Virus record (IMG/VR): IMGVR_UViG_3300020057_001229
Span: 24,688 to 88,687 of that record
Reading direction: 5' to 3' (one strand)
Source of the DNA: a virus
Length of the DNA stretch: 64,000 nucleotides
Position 1 is the stretch's first letter; each line of letters opens with the position of its first letter. The notes beneath the pieces are model-generated. The model saw nothing but the letters and a program-made list of their open reading frames with translations, ran no database searches and was not told the origin of the DNA. The position numbers and the translations under genes are program-made. Shown piece by piece: positions 17,143 to 27,456 of the stretch.

Positions 17143-18011
17143 CGTCGAGGTCGCCTTTCTTTTACTTCGCTTACGTTACCCAAAGACCAGACGAGGTTCT
17201 CATCTATGTGGAGAAGCTGCAAGATATTTACGAGATGGTCTTCCTTCGGCACGTCTTTGTCGGAGTGAATGCAAATGCTGAAAAGCTTCTTGTCTGGAGT
17301 TCTTACCTTTACGGTGCCAAAGTACGGAATGACGTAGTAACCACGGACGCCTTGGAAGCCGACGAACTTTCTAACTACGAAGCGTTTGTAGTCCGCCTCC
17401 GAGATCATGTCCCGCAACGACAGTCGTGCTCTGAGGTCTGCACCGGGAAGCTTGACCTTCTTTGCCTTGCTTTCGTAGAGAGCCCGCATCTTCATTATCA
17501 CATCGTCGTCGTCAAAATATTTGGCGGGCTTGTGCTTGCGGACTAAGCGGTCCTTCAAACTTTTAAGCGGGTTGCGGTAAAACTTGCCGTTTTCAACCAA
17601 AACTACGTAGCGTTCTAGCGACTGCAAAACCGTGTTCATGTTGGGGTGTATGAGGGGAGCAGATTGGGTCTCGTCAAGCTTTTGAAAGCTCGTGATGTAG
17701 CCTTCCTCGATTCCAAAGTTGAGGTCTTCGGACAGGATGCGGAAGCACTGCGTACCTTCGACCATGAATGTGCAAGCCTCGAAAGCTAAGCCAGCGATGC
17801 TCGTAACCGTACCGTCAGCATTTTTGATGTAGTCTTCGTGGACGAACTCGGGGTTGGTGACGTGAAGCTCGATGTCGGTACGACGCAAGATGTCTTCAAG
17901 ACGAAGCCCGATGTCACATGCTGGTTGCATAATAGCTGCTGGTTGTGTACTGGTAGGCATAGACTTTCCCGTGCAAATTTTAGGCTGAATGGTGTACAAT
18001 AGTACATCCAC
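17121..18011 (-). CDS. Hypothetical protein
   Basis: 296-aa ORF upstream of and co-oriented with Thg1. Confidence 0.7.
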   Translation of the reverse strand: MDVLLYTIQPKICTGKSMPTSTQPAAIMQPACDIGLRLEDILRRTDIELHVTNPEFVHEDYIKNADGTVTSIAGLAFEACTFMVEGTQCFRILSEDLNFGIEEGYITSFQKLDETQSAPLIHPNMNTVLQSLERYVVLVENGKFYRNPLKSLKDRLVRKHKPAKYFDDDDVIMKMRALYESKAKKVKLPGADLRARLSLRDMISEADYKRFVVRKFVGFQGVRGYYVIPYFGTVKVRTPDKKLFSICIHSDKDVPKEDHLVNILQLLHIDENLVWSLGNVSEVKERRPRRWNSATG

Positions 18012-18056
18012 GCCTCGAACACTAAGTCAAAGATAAACCAAAGGAGTCGCCAACTT

Positions 18057-18296
18057 ATGCCAATTGCAAAACGACTTTTAGCGAAAGCTGCCGCCCTCAG
18101 TCAGCTCGTAAGCATCGAGGCTGAGAGCCTCTTTAGGATGTTCGAGAGACGCAACTACCGTGAGCAAGAAGTCGAGCGGATTCTTACGTGCTTCAAAGAT
18201 ATGGGAGCTAACCCTGAGAACCTAGAAGGCGAACGCAGGCGTCTATTGGAAGATGATCTCTACTTAGAGTCATGGCAGGAAGCGACATCTGCGTAA
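18057..18296 (+). CDS. Hypothetical protein
   Basis: AAGGAG RBS. Confidence 0.6.
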   Translation: MPIAKRLLAKAAALSQLVSIEAESLFRMFERRNYREQEVERILTCFKDMGANPENLEGERRRLLEDDLYLESWQEATSA

Positions 18297-18372
18297 AAAA
18301 TACGCAAAAGAAAAAAGCGAACGACACCGAAAAAGCTCTTGCACTCTTCGAGTGGTTCACTTAAAACCTTCC

Positions 18373-19022
18373 TTGTCGGAAGCACTGAAGCAAACGTCGC
18401 AAGACAAGCCTGCTTCGGGGACTGAGAAGAGATAAGGCTTTAAATCGTGCTTTCTCAAAATCGAGCCGACACTCGGTTGAGTTAGGGTTTAACTCAATGA
18501 AAAGCATTGGTGACAATGCAAGTCGAACTTGTGACAAGACAAGCCTTAAAATTTGTCAGAGATCAGGTTCAACTAAAAACTCCCTCGAAGATATCAAATT
18601 CGAGGCAAGCCGACTCTTGAACTGTAGAGGTTCAAGGCGTAACTGGAGATAGACAGCTTGCGGCTCTCCATGGGGAGAAAGAGTTTGACATCGTTCAAGC
18701 TCCCGGATCTTGAAAATCCGGACCTCTGAAACCCGTCCAGACATGACGTAAAAATGTACGCTTCTCGCTCAAAGGGTTAAACCTACGAGCAAACTATAAG
18801 GTTCCCTGTAAGGGACGTTAAAGGAGAAGGGCGATGGCGGAGAAAAGTTGGGATTGTAATTCTAGACCGATCATCTGGAATATCTAAACGCCCCCAACAG
18901 AGAGACAACTCTTCAAACAATCGGAACTGCAACAGGGATTAATTATCCCGCCTTCGGCTAAGAGGATTAGTGCTCATCTTAGGGTGAGCCGAGTTAGCCA
19001 GGAGTGTAACGGTCCTAGTTCC
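18373..19022 (+). ncRNA. Large structured non-coding RNA candidate (GOLLD/ROOL-like size class)
   Basis: No credible ORF; more than 12 short hairpins, several with GNRA/UUCG loops; upstream TTGCAC-N17-TAAAAC promoter-like element; boundaries approximate. Confidence 0.68.
18989..19022 (+). repeat. 34-bp direct repeat, copy 1 (att-like)
   Basis: 31/34 identical to 20634-20667. Confidence 0.88.
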
Positions 19023-19029
19023 GCGTCCG

Positions 19030-19067
19030 AGGAAGCCCGCTTAGGTTTACAGACCTAAGCGGGCTTC
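19030..19067. terminator. Strong palindromic hairpin
   Basis: GGAAGCCCGCTTAGGT-TTACAG-ACCTAAGCGGGCTTCC. Confidence 0.55.
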
Positions 19068-19151
19068 CAACATTTAATTTGGCTTGCTTGAGCATCGTGC
19101 TGACACTACTCTCAGGCGTCTGAAGACATATCCGAGTAGAGGGTTGCCGAC

Positions 19152-20642
19152 ATGCTGAAGGCAGTGCTGCGCATAGGAGGTGGTTTAGTCGCCGTGTTCG
19201 GTGTCGTGCTGGTGACGTACACACTTAAGAGGATAGACTCTTACCTCGCGGACACACCCCTGCTTCTAGGCATATCTTCGCTTACGCTGATCGCGTTTTT
19301 CTTCGGCTGGTGGTCCGCCGTCATCTCCGCGCTTGCTTTTATTACCCTCATTAAGCTCTACGTTTCGCCAGAAATCCACACGGTGTCTTTCAGTCTTTTT
19401 GTCGCTCAGACTGCGATCATTGCGGGGCTCATCGAGAAGCTAGGTAACGCACGCCGTAGCTGCTCAGACGAAGCTACCAAATGCCAAGAGACCGAACACG
19501 AGCTTCGAGCCGCAAAAGAGCACGCAGAAAGATCTAACCAGACTAAGGGAGAATTTCTAGCCAACATGAGCCACGAGCTTCGCACTCCTCTCGGTGTCAT
19601 TCTAGGCTACAGCGAAATCATAGCGAACGACACGCCTTCAAAGGAAGAGAAGATAGAATATGCTGACGCTATTAAGCGCAATGGTGAAACGTTAGCCAGA
19701 TTGATAGATGACATACTTGACCTAAGTCTTGCAGAAGCACAAAAGATAAGTATTGAAATACTACCTACATGCCTTAAAGATCTATGTACAGTTTTAGAAA
19801 AAGAGATGACGCCTCTAGCTGTACTAAAAAATATACGATTAAAGGTACACTGCGCCGATGTTCCTAATAACATACGCACTGACCCAATTCGTCTTAGACA
19901 AATACTTAGCAATCTAGTTAACAACGGTATTAAATTCACCCCTTACGGAGGTGAAGTAAGCGTGTATGTGGAAAAATATGAAGAGACGCTATGCTTCGTC
20001 GTTCGGGACAATGGTAAGGGAATTTCTACTGAAGAAGCTAAGAAGCTTTTCAAGCCCTTCTCACAAGCCGACAGCTCTACGACGCGGAAATATGGGGGGA
20101 CAGGCTTAGGCTTAGCGCTTTCTAAAAAGCTTGCTCAAAGCCTTGGCGGGGATGTTTTTTTGCGGGAAAGCGTTCCCGGCAAAGGGAGCACATTCGTTGT
20201 TCAAATCCACTTGACGCCGACATCCTTGCACGAGACCAAGAGCAAGCATAAACATTTTGACGGCGCTCTCGACGGTGTCCGAGTCCTTCTTGCCGACGAT
20301 GCCTTCGATAACAGACTGCTTTTGAAAGCGCTTTTGAAGCCAACGGGTGCGCTGCTTCGACTAGTGGAAGACGGCGAGCAAGCGCTTCAAGCTGTGCAAC
20401 AGCACGACTTTGACGTTGTTTTCTTAGATCTTCAAATGCCTATAATGGACGGCTACGAAGCTTGCCGTGCGCTGAGAAGTCAAGGCTACACAAAACCTAT
20501 CATCGCTTTGACCGCGCACGCTATGCAGGAAGAAAGAACCAAAACGAAGACTGCTGGGTTCGATGCCCATGTCACTAAGCCGGTCAACGTCGGAAACCTC
20601 GTGAGCGCAATTCGTGCCTCGCTCGACGCCAAACCGAGTTAG
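19152..20642 (+). CDS. Membrane hybrid sensor histidine kinase (HisKA-HATPase-REC)
   Basis: FLANMSHELRTPL, NGIKFT, DNGKGI, GGTGLGL, receiver LADD...DLQMP...KP. Confidence 0.96.
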   Translation: MLKAVLRIGGGLVAVFGVVLVTYTLKRIDSYLADTPLLLGISSLTLIAFFFGWWSAVISALAFITLIKLYVSPEIHTVSFSLFVAQTAIIAGLIEKLGNARRSCSDEATKCQETEHELRAAKEHAERSNQTKGEFLANMSHELRTPLGVILGYSEIIANDTPSKEEKIEYADAIKRNGETLARLIDDILDLSLAEAQKISIEILPTCLKDLCTVLEKEMTPLAVLKNIRLKVHCADVPNNIRTDPIRLRQILSNLVNNGIKFTPYGGEVSVYVEKYEETLCFVVRDNGKGISTEEAKKLFKPFSQADSSTTRKYGGTGLGLALSKKLAQSLGGDVFLRESVPGKGSTFVVQIHLTPTSLHETKSKHKHFDGALDGVRVLLADDAFDNRLLLKALLKPTGALLRLVEDGEQALQAVQQHDFDVVFLDLQMPIMDGYEACRALRSQGYTKPIIALTAHAMQEERTKTKTAGFDAHVTKPVNVGNLVSAIRASLDAKPS

Positions 20643-20667
20643 TCAGGAGTGTGACGGTCCTATTTCC
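20634..20667 (+). repeat. 34-bp direct repeat, copy 2 (contains the kinase stop codon)
   Basis: CCGAGTTAGTCAGGAGTGTGACGGTCCTATTTCC. Confidence 0.88.
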
Positions 20668-20698
20668 AACCAGGGGTTCTGGGATAAAATTGAGGTAC

Positions 20699-20726
20699 AA
20701 AAAAAGGAGGCATAGCCTCCTTTTTC
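20699..20726. terminator. Bidirectional intrinsic terminator
   Basis: AAAAAAAGGAGGC-ATA-GCCTCCTTTTT between convergent genes. Confidence 0.8.
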
Positions 20727-20743
20727 TTCGCGCCTCTAATGAC

Positions 20744-21214
20744 TTACTCCGTAAAGAGCATGACGTTGATGCGGCGGTTGAGTTCCTCGAAGAGCAGTTG
20801 CGTCTTAGCGAGATGCAATGCTAGGTCAGCGTAGCGACCAGCGAACGGACGAAGCTGCGTGCGTGTGTGCAGCCACTCAGAGCGAAGCTCGTAGAACGAG
20901 TCGCCGATATCGTAGGTCCCGTAACCATCTTGCGCACCGTTCAGCGCCTTCGAAAGGTAACGACCGTGGCTCTTCACCGACTGCACTTCGTCCGTGAAAT
21001 GGACGATGCGGTTGTTGTTCGAGACAACATTGAAAAGCTTTTGAACTTCGCGATTGAAGTTCTGACTCGCCGTGATGGCGTCTTGGGACGTGAGCTGAAC
21101 GCTTTGGACCGATGATTGGTCCTGCGTACCGGTCTCGGCTACGCCGTAAGCGGCTGGGAGGGCGAGAGCGAACGCAAAGGCAACTTTCAACAACTTCATG
21201 ACAAGAACCTCCAA
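20744..21214 (-). CDS. Putative secreted helical protein
   Basis: Signal peptide MKLLKVAFAFALALPAAYGVA. Confidence 0.7.
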   Translation of the reverse strand: MEVLVMKLLKVAFAFALALPAAYGVAETGTQDQSSVQSVQLTSQDAITASQNFNREVQKLFNVVSNNNRIVHFTDEVQSVKSHGRYLSKALNGAQDGYGTYDIGDSFYELRSEWLHTRTQLRPFAGRYADLALHLAKTQLLFEELNRRINVMLFTE

Positions 21215-21302
21215 AGAAACGTTTAAGGGAGTTCGGGTTTACGCCCGCTACCCCTCACCGTCAATGGAATTTCCCTATACGAGTCTGCCTACTTGCTGAG
21301 CA

Positions 21303-21566
21303 TTATCGCCGTTGAAGACCTTCGATATCTGAAGGTCTCACTAGCGCCGCAACAGCTACGGCGTCTTTGAGGCTCGTCGGCTGACCTGCGAGGACAGCGC
21401 GAAGTTTTTGGCAGTCCATGGCTGCCATGCCACAATCTTGAGCAGACCGTCCCCAACTTACGGCATGGACCGTGTTCGTTTTATGGTCACGAGCGAAGAC
21501 GATGATCTGATCCAAGCCGTAGCTGTCAGCAAGCGCCTTTGCCGCGTCTACAGGTAGATCAGTCAC
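21303..21566 (-). CDS. Hypothetical protein
   Basis: GTGA overlap with the upstream gene. Confidence 0.6.
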   Translation of the reverse strand: MTDLPVDAAKALADSYGLDQIIVFARDHKTNTVHAVSWGRSAQDCGMAAMDCQKLRAVLAGQPTSLKDAVAVAALVRPSDIEGLQRR

Positions 21567-22024
21567 TTTCGGAACCCCACAGTGGCTTCCAAATTGAGAA
21601 TGAAGTTTCCTAAAGGAAAGTATTCAGCATTGACCATGAGGTCGTGCGGACCCTCCCCAGGGAACGCCCCACAACTTACCAAAAACTTGTAGTAGCAGCT
21701 TCTGAAGTCTCCGCTGCCTACGCAGTTCTCTTCAGCTTCGAGCCTGTCTGTGGTCGGCAGGTCGCAGGAGACAGGGTACGCCTTCTCGACGACGCCAACA
21801 AAACGAACAAGGCGAGCGTCTTGAAGGATCAAGGTTGCTAGACGTGGATCGACGGGCTCAGCTCTGAGGTTCGTCGGGAGGCTTGTAGCCAACAAGGTCG
21901 CAAACACCTTCAAATTAGGAAGCATTTTCAATGACCCTACTTGTTTGGTAAATGGTGAGCAACTAGCATTGAAATTTCTCAGGCGTACAGACTGTCCAAG
22001 TGCGGAGGTCTTGGATCTTTTCAA
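21563..22024 (-). CDS. Putative secreted Cys-containing protein (true start probably internal MLPNLK)
   Basis: Signal-like segment, paired cysteines. Confidence 0.55.
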   Translation of the reverse strand: MKRSKTSALGQSVRLRNFNASCSPFTKQVGSLKMLPNLKVFATLLATSLPTNLRAEPVDPRLATLILQDARLVRFVGVVEKAYPVSCDLPTTDRLEAEENCVGSGDFRSCYYKFLVSCGAFPGEGPHDLMVNAEYFPLGNFILNLEATVGFRK

Positions 22025-22424
22025 TAAGAGCTTTGGACTGCTCCCAAGGCACGTAGAAAAGTCCGCTGTTGAAGCGGTTGCTGTAGATCTCTAGCTCTTT
22101 AGGAGCTTTCATCATGAGGTCCATCAAAGCAAGAACGGTTGCGGTGAGGATCTTTGAGGGAGAGTCAACTTGAGCGCCGTAAGCCACTGAGGTCATCAGA
22201 CAGCCGATGAAGTAGCCGCTGTCTTTAACTATGACGGCTCTTCCTAAGAGGTCTGCGCCGTGCTTTTCACAGGAGGCTCTATATTGTTCGTAGCCGACTG
22301 GGAAGCGTTCGCGAAAGGATTTGGCGATACCACTACCCCAGACGCCCTTAGTGTTGCAGGCATGAACAAGAAGGCTACCTGGAGCTGCTTCAAAGAGATC
22401 GTCCGAGGTCTCGACTACCTTCAT
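21963..22424 (-). CDS. Macro-domain protein (Poa1-like ADP-ribose processing)
   Basis: DLF...VHACNTKGVWGSGIA...RFP...NSGLF.VPW. Confidence 0.88.
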   Translation of the reverse strand: MKVVETSDDLFEAAPGSLLVHACNTKGVWGSGIAKSFRERFPVGYEQYRASCEKHGADLLGRAVIVKDSGYFIGCLMTSVAYGAQVDSPSKILTATVLALMDLMMKAPKELEIYSNRFNSGLFYVPWEQSKALIEKIQDLRTWTVCTPEKFQC

Positions 22425-22770
22425 ATGAAATCGAACCTTTCTTCACGCCTCTTTGACTGAGAAGCTTTGCGTTGTGTTTGTGGTAGGCGTGGGGACGACT
22501 TAATTTATACAAGCCTACCGCTAAAAGCAAAGTTAAAACAGTAGAGAATAGTTCGGTATGCAATGGTGGTCGATAGCCTTGCGCAGCAATCTCAAAACAG
22601 ACTAACGCCCGACGAAGCGTCGAGAAGCTAAAGGCTAAAGTGATGAAAAACCAACCTTTGTTGTACTTGAAACCTAACCTCGTATTGAGGGTCACCGACA
22701 TCACGGCGCTGTAGGCTTGAAAGATCAAGGTCAGGAGCGACAAAACTATGAGAACGTGCAAGGTGGTCAC
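22390..22770 (-). CDS. Small membrane protein
   Basis: Three hydrophobic segments; GTG start with AGGAG. Confidence 0.6.
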   Translation of the reverse strand: MTTLHVLIVLSLLTLIFQAYSAVMSVTLNTRLGFKYNKGWFFITLAFSFSTLRRALVCFEIAAQGYRPPLHTELFSTVLTLLLAVGLYKLSRPHAYHKHNAKLLSQRGVKKGSISYEGSRDLGRSL

Positions 22771-22874
22771 GCTGGTACTTCTCCTTTCTTGAGTAGTTTC
22801 ACTTAATCTGCGCCCGTAGAAGACCTACTAGAACGTCAGATTAAATCATAAACTTACGCCTGGAGCGCTCCTCT

Positions 22875-25800
22875 ATGTCCTATTTGAAACGAGTCAACGA
22901 AGTTCTTGCTTGGGGTAACAACTGGTATTTTCACGAGCCTACTGATCCAGATGAAAAGAAGGATCAAACAGACGAGTGGACCAAGGAGCCTTTGCAGTCG
23001 ATTAAACGTCCTTTAGGTAAGTACGCGAAGACGGGCAAGCTCTTCGACGAAGACGCCAACTACACTAGGTGGGACCACGACAAAAACGACAGCGAACGTA
23101 AGGCAATGATGGTCGAAGCTCCTAACTCGGCTGCCGTAGAAGAGGCTCATAAGAAAGCAGCCACTAAGTCTCGTAAGCGTAGTGACCGCTATATCGCTAT
23201 CAAGAAAATCCAAGATCAGAAATTCTTGAAGGACATGGTGCTTGATAGTAGCGTCCACGAAGATCTTCGGTCTGCTGCTGCCACACGCATCAAAGACGAG
23301 AAAGACATCGAAGATCTCTTCCTTAAGCGCGTAGAGGGTGACTCAAGCTTTCCTGTTTCGACGCTTGTAGATTTCTTAAAGAACGAAGCTTTCATCATCA
23401 AGAATTTCGACAAGATCAAGAAGGCAGATGCTCTTCTTCATGTCAACGACGAGAAGCTTTTGACTGAACTACTGCTCGCAAATGCTGACCTCAGAGAGCA
23501 CTCCTCCGACGTTCGTAGAATTCTCGACAAGATCAACGACCAGAAGCTTATCTCCAAACTGGCTTTAGACACTAAGAACGGCGACGACCAACAGTACCGC
23601 GAGTTTCTCGCCGTAAAAAGCGACGACAAGAAAGCCTTAGAGCATCTCGCCGAACTAAAGATCGAGCGTGATCCAGCTCGCCACTACTACCACAGTGAGC
23701 CAGTTAACCATGCTGCGTCAGTAGCCTTGTTTAAGCTCAAAGACAAGAATCTCGCCAAGAAAGCCTTAGACGACTCTAACACTACCTACTTAGAAAAGCA
23801 GGTAGCGCTCTCCGTTCTTGAAGATGAAAACGAGTTCAAGAAAGTTGTCACTGACGCTGTCAAAGACGCCAGAAGGAAAAAAGCTGCCCGCGATAACGAC
23901 AGCGGCAATGACGAAGACGAAAACATCGACGATGCAGGAATCGAATTTGACGATGAAGACAACTTAGACATGCCTTCGTTCAAAACAGGTTATAACCACT
24001 ACAGAGGTGGTGAGCGTAACGAGCTTGTCAATTTTGCTTTGAGCAACATTAAAGACCAAGACTTCCTCAAGAAGGTTCTCCCTACGAGCCCTGACTTTTG
24101 GGATCTGGTTAAAGACCAAAAGTGGAAAGAAGAAATTTTCAAGACGAAAAAGGCAGAAGACGGCTCAGCGCCTGTCGAATATTTGAGCAAAGTAGGCGAC
24201 GAAAAATTCATCATGAAAGAGATTATCGACGCTCTAAAACGTGGCTCTAGCCGTTGGATTATCGACGCCATCAAAGAAGTCCACGATCAACCCTTCTTGA
24301 AAATCCTCTATGGGAAAATGGATCCTAAGAAAGAAGGCAGCTCCCTTCGTAAGGTCATCGTCGAAAACATCACAGACTCTGAATTTCTACTCAAGATCTA
24401 CAAAAGCGACAAGTCTACTGACGTTCGGGAAGCTGCCTTCAAGCACTTAGAAGATCCAGAAGCACTCTTCAAAATGTTGATGAAAGAGCGCAGCAAGAGT
24501 AACCGCCACACACTCATTTGGAAGCTTAGAAAGAACCCTGAGTGGATTGCCAAATATCTAGCTGAAGACTTCGACGACTCAGACACGCACTCTTACGGTA
24601 CTGGTAAATTAGACGCAGCTACAGCCAAAAAGATCTTGAGCGGCGATATCAAAGGTCCCCACATTAGTAGTCTTGATATGAAGAAGTTTACTGAAATTTT
24701 CAAAGACGATCAGCCAACTCTTATCAAGATGCACAACCGCAACGACCGTTTTTCTGGAAGCGCCGTAGACTACATCACCGACGAAGACTTCATTATGGAG
24801 AATGTCGGCGCAGAGAATATGGCTTGGGAAATTGTCGAGAAGCTAAAGAAGCCCGCTAACATTGCCAAGATTGCTATAGAAAATAGAGATTCTACTGTTG
24901 CAATGCGCGCGTTCCACAATCTTAAGAATCCCCCTATCGAAATTTACAACGAGATCGCCGTCAAAGCGAAAGCTGCTGACGTCCGTAAGGCAGCCGTGCC
25001 TTATGTCACCGACGACAAAGTGCTGAAGAACATTCTACTTTTCGACAAAGATATCGGTACCGTCGTACTTCCCCACTTCAAAGGTGACCTCAAGACCTTG
25101 CAAGAAGCTCTTCTTAAGGCAAAAGATCCTGGAGTGCTCAAAGCCCTCGCAGGGCGTATCAAAGACGACGCGACGTTGAAAGCCTTCGTCCTGAAGGCAA
25201 CCAACCCCGAAGTTGGAAGCCTCGCTCTCAAAAGAGTCAAGGACAAAGAATTCCTGAAAACTGTCGCTGAGAAAGGCGTTGAACCGACGTTGGTTCGAAC
25301 TGCTCTTACGACGCTAGCTGAAGACGAAGGCAATAAGGCGTTTCTAAGAACGATCTACTTCGAGCGCGACTGGCAGCCGATCTTCGATAAATCGGGTTGG
25401 AGATCGCCGTTCGGTCCCGAAAACCTCAATACTTTGATCGCTCCCTTTCTTAACGCAGACGATATGAAAAGTATCGTCATGAATCCGTCACTACTCAACA
25501 ACTTCCCTCCTGAAAAGTTGGATCTAGACGAGAAGATTGCTGCCGAGGCTCTGTCGCAAAAGCCAGAGATTGTTAAAGGCTATAACAACAACCAGCTTCA
25601 AGTTCTCTTCGACTTAGCTCCAGAGAAAGCAAAAGCGTTCTTCAGTATGAGTTTAGAGAAAATGCTCTTGTACCCGAGCATTCTCTTCGTGGCTGTGCTC
25701 CATCTTGAGCCTGAAGACCTGAACGAAGAAAACATCAGCAGCGTATACGACTGTATAAAGAAGTCGCCGCTGCAAAACCGTATTCCACAAAAAATCATCG

Positions 25801-26024
25801 ACAAGAGTTACGAGCTTGGTGATGAAGTGCAGAAGGCAGCTCTCGCTAACCGAGCTTCTGAAGGCGTCCTGACTCCAGAGCACAAAGACAAAATTGGACG
25901 TGAGCGCTTTAAGTACCGGTCGCCTACTAACCGTAACAAGCACAACCTTCCGACGAAGATCAAAGAGGCGGTCAAACATCCTAAAGAAGAGTTGTTGCGT
26001 CTTCTCGTTCAACTCGCACGCTGA
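22875..26024 (+). CDS. Large helical-repeat (HEAT-like) protein, possibly virion-internal
   Basis: 1049 aa, recurring VR.AA...I.D..FL repeats; N-terminal EVLA motif. Confidence 0.8.
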   Translation: MSYLKRVNEVLAWGNNWYFHEPTDPDEKKDQTDEWTKEPLQSIKRPLGKYAKTGKLFDEDANYTRWDHDKNDSERKAMMVEAPNSAAVEEAHKKAATKSRKRSDRYIAIKKIQDQKFLKDMVLDSSVHEDLRSAAATRIKDEKDIEDLFLKRVEGDSSFPVSTLVDFLKNEAFIIKNFDKIKKADALLHVNDEKLLTELLLANADLREHSSDVRRILDKINDQKLISKLALDTKNGDDQQYREFLAVKSDDKKALEHLAELKIERDPARHYYHSEPVNHAASVALFKLKDKNLAKKALDDSNTTYLEKQVALSVLEDENEFKKVVTDAVKDARRKKAARDNDSGNDEDENIDDAGIEFDDEDNLDMPSFKTGYNHYRGGERNELVNFALSNIKDQDFLKKVLPTSPDFWDLVKDQKWKEEIFKTKKAEDGSAPVEYLSKVGDEKFIMKEIIDALKRGSSRWIIDAIKEVHDQPFLKILYGKMDPKKEGSSLRKVIVENITDSEFLLKIYKSDKSTDVREAAFKHLEDPEALFKMLMKERSKSNRHTLIWKLRKNPEWIAKYLAEDFDDSDTHSYGTGKLDAATAKKILSGDIKGPHISSLDMKKFTEIFKDDQPTLIKMHNRNDRFSGSAVDYITDEDFIMENVGAENMAWEIVEKLKKPANIAKIAIENRDSTVAMRAFHNLKNPPIEIYNEIAVKAKAADVRKAAVPYVTDDKVLKNILLFDKDIGTVVLPHFKGDLKTLQEALLKAKDPGVLKALAGRIKDDATLKAFVLKATNPEVGSLALKRVKDKEFLKTVAEKGVEPTLVRTALTTLAEDEGNKAFLRTIYFERDWQPIFDKSGWRSPFGPENLNTLIAPFLNADDMKSIVMNPSLLNNFPPEKLDLDEKIAAEALSQKPEIVKGYNNNQLQVLFDLAPEKAKAFFSMSLEKMLLYPSILFVAVLHLEPEDLNEENISSVYDCIKKSPLQNRIPQKIIDKSYELGDEVQKAALANRASEGVLTPEHKDKIGRERFKYRSPTNRNKHNLPTKIKEAVKHPKEELLRLLVQLAR

Positions 26025-26036
26025 AAAGGATCTCAA

Positions 26037-26981
26037 ATGTTTTTCACTATCACGGCTGACCCCATTAAGGTCACAGAAGTAAAGAAGGCTCCAAGCCTTC
26101 CTATCAAGCAGATCCTCCTCGACGAGAAAGGCGATAAGGTCTTAGAGAACATCTCAGACGAAGCAGAAGTCTTTTGGGCAGACGTAAAGAAAGCCTTCCC
26201 AGCTCTCGAAGCGCAGCTCAAAGCGATCTTCGGTGGTAAAGACCGTCTCTCTGTTGGCGATCTCAAAAAGAAGATGGGGACTGTAGAAGACGACGAAGCA
26301 GCTCTCTGGCTCTCGCACGTTGACTACAACGACGCATGGCGTATTCAGCGGGAGCTTCCTGAAAACGGCGACGACGATGAAGAAGGCAACAGGGTCGAGT
26401 ATAAACAGATCGCGATCCAGCTCAACATCGGACCTTCACTTGTGAAAGCTATCGACGCTGACCCCATTGCGCAAAAGTTCTTCGAGGCTTACTCAAAAAT
26501 GACTGAAGGTGATCACCTTCACCCTAACCACACCCAGTCGATTGCTTGGGCGCGTGTCTACACCTTGAAAGACAAATGGATCATCGAAGAGCTTCAAAGC
26601 GATATTTGGGGCGCTAGTCTTAAAGCTAATGAAATTCCAGACGATGCTAAAGCCTACGACATCATCAATAAGATGCCGAAAGAGGAACAGTCTGACCTCG
26701 AACGCTTCTTTCATAAGCACTTCATGGATTGGGACAAGAAGCTCATTGCATCCGTCATCAACATGGCGCGTAAGGCAGGTGTCAAAGACATCTATATGTG
26801 GGACGAGTCGATCAAGCAGAAGGTGACACGCTCCAAAAGCAAGCTCGACAAATACTACAAGATCGTACCGCGTGACTTAGGCTTCAAGAAAGATACGCTC
26901 AACATCGCAAACAAAGATCGTCAGGTGTGGCACCGCATTGTCGCCACCTTCAAAGACAGAATTACAGCGAGTCTCAAATGA
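26037..26981 (+). CDS. Polyvalent-protein-type (GNAT-like) domain protein
   Basis: WAR....IIEELQSD motif. Confidence 0.55.
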   Translation: MFFTITADPIKVTEVKKAPSLPIKQILLDEKGDKVLENISDEAEVFWADVKKAFPALEAQLKAIFGGKDRLSVGDLKKKMGTVEDDEAALWLSHVDYNDAWRIQRELPENGDDDEEGNRVEYKQIAIQLNIGPSLVKAIDADPIAQKFFEAYSKMTEGDHLHPNHTQSIAWARVYTLKDKWIIEELQSDIWGASLKANEIPDDAKAYDIINKMPKEEQSDLERFFHKHFMDWDKKLIASVINMARKAGVKDIYMWDESIKQKVTRSKSKLDKYYKIVPRDLGFKKDTLNIANKDRQVWHRIVATFKDRITASLK

Positions 26982-27454
26982 AAATCGTAAAAGAGAAATA
27001 TCAAATTGTAGCCAAAGATTGGTCTAACGAAACATATTGGGCTTGCTTCGCTTTCGAAGACGAGATCCCCGACGACCTCCACTGCACGCACAAGTTCTTC
27101 GGTGAACAAAGCGACGAAAGCCGGGACAAGATCTTGGAGACGATGGATTCTTACTTCGCCAAGAAACCTTACGAGACCATCCAAGCCAAGTTTGACCACG
27201 AAGAGTTCTTCGGGGCTGATAAAGACGTTCGGGTTCTTCGGCTTGAGGACGGCGCTAGCCTCGATCCGTTTCTTCTCGATCTCCGCAAGAAGCTTGACGC
27301 TTTCGCCGACGACAGCTTCCCCGGCTACAAGCCGCACGTCACGACGGACCTCCCCGTAGTCGAGAAGCCTCTGACACGCTACTGTCTTTGTCAGGGTGAC
27401 AAGATTATCAAGGAGTGGAAAGCAATGGAGAAAAAAGCAGCAGCAGCAGCTTAG
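26978..27454 (+). CDS. 2H phosphoesterase (Acb1/gp57B-like)
   Basis: Two HxT motifs LHCTH and YKPHVT; ATGA-coupled start MKIVKEKYQIVA. Confidence 0.82.
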   Translation: MKIVKEKYQIVAKDWSNETYWACFAFEDEIPDDLHCTHKFFGEQSDESRDKILETMDSYFAKKPYETIQAKFDHEEFFGADKDVRVLRLEDGASLDPFLLDLRKKLDAFADDSFPGYKPHVTTDLPVVEKPLTRYCLCQGDKIIKEWKAMEKKAAAAA

Positions 27455-27456
27455 GG

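Noticed and set aside
18373-19022. Group I intron, tmRNA or RNase P assignment
   Set aside because: No interrupted host gene, no tRNA-like ends or tag ORF, and no RNase P core motifs recognised; family left open.
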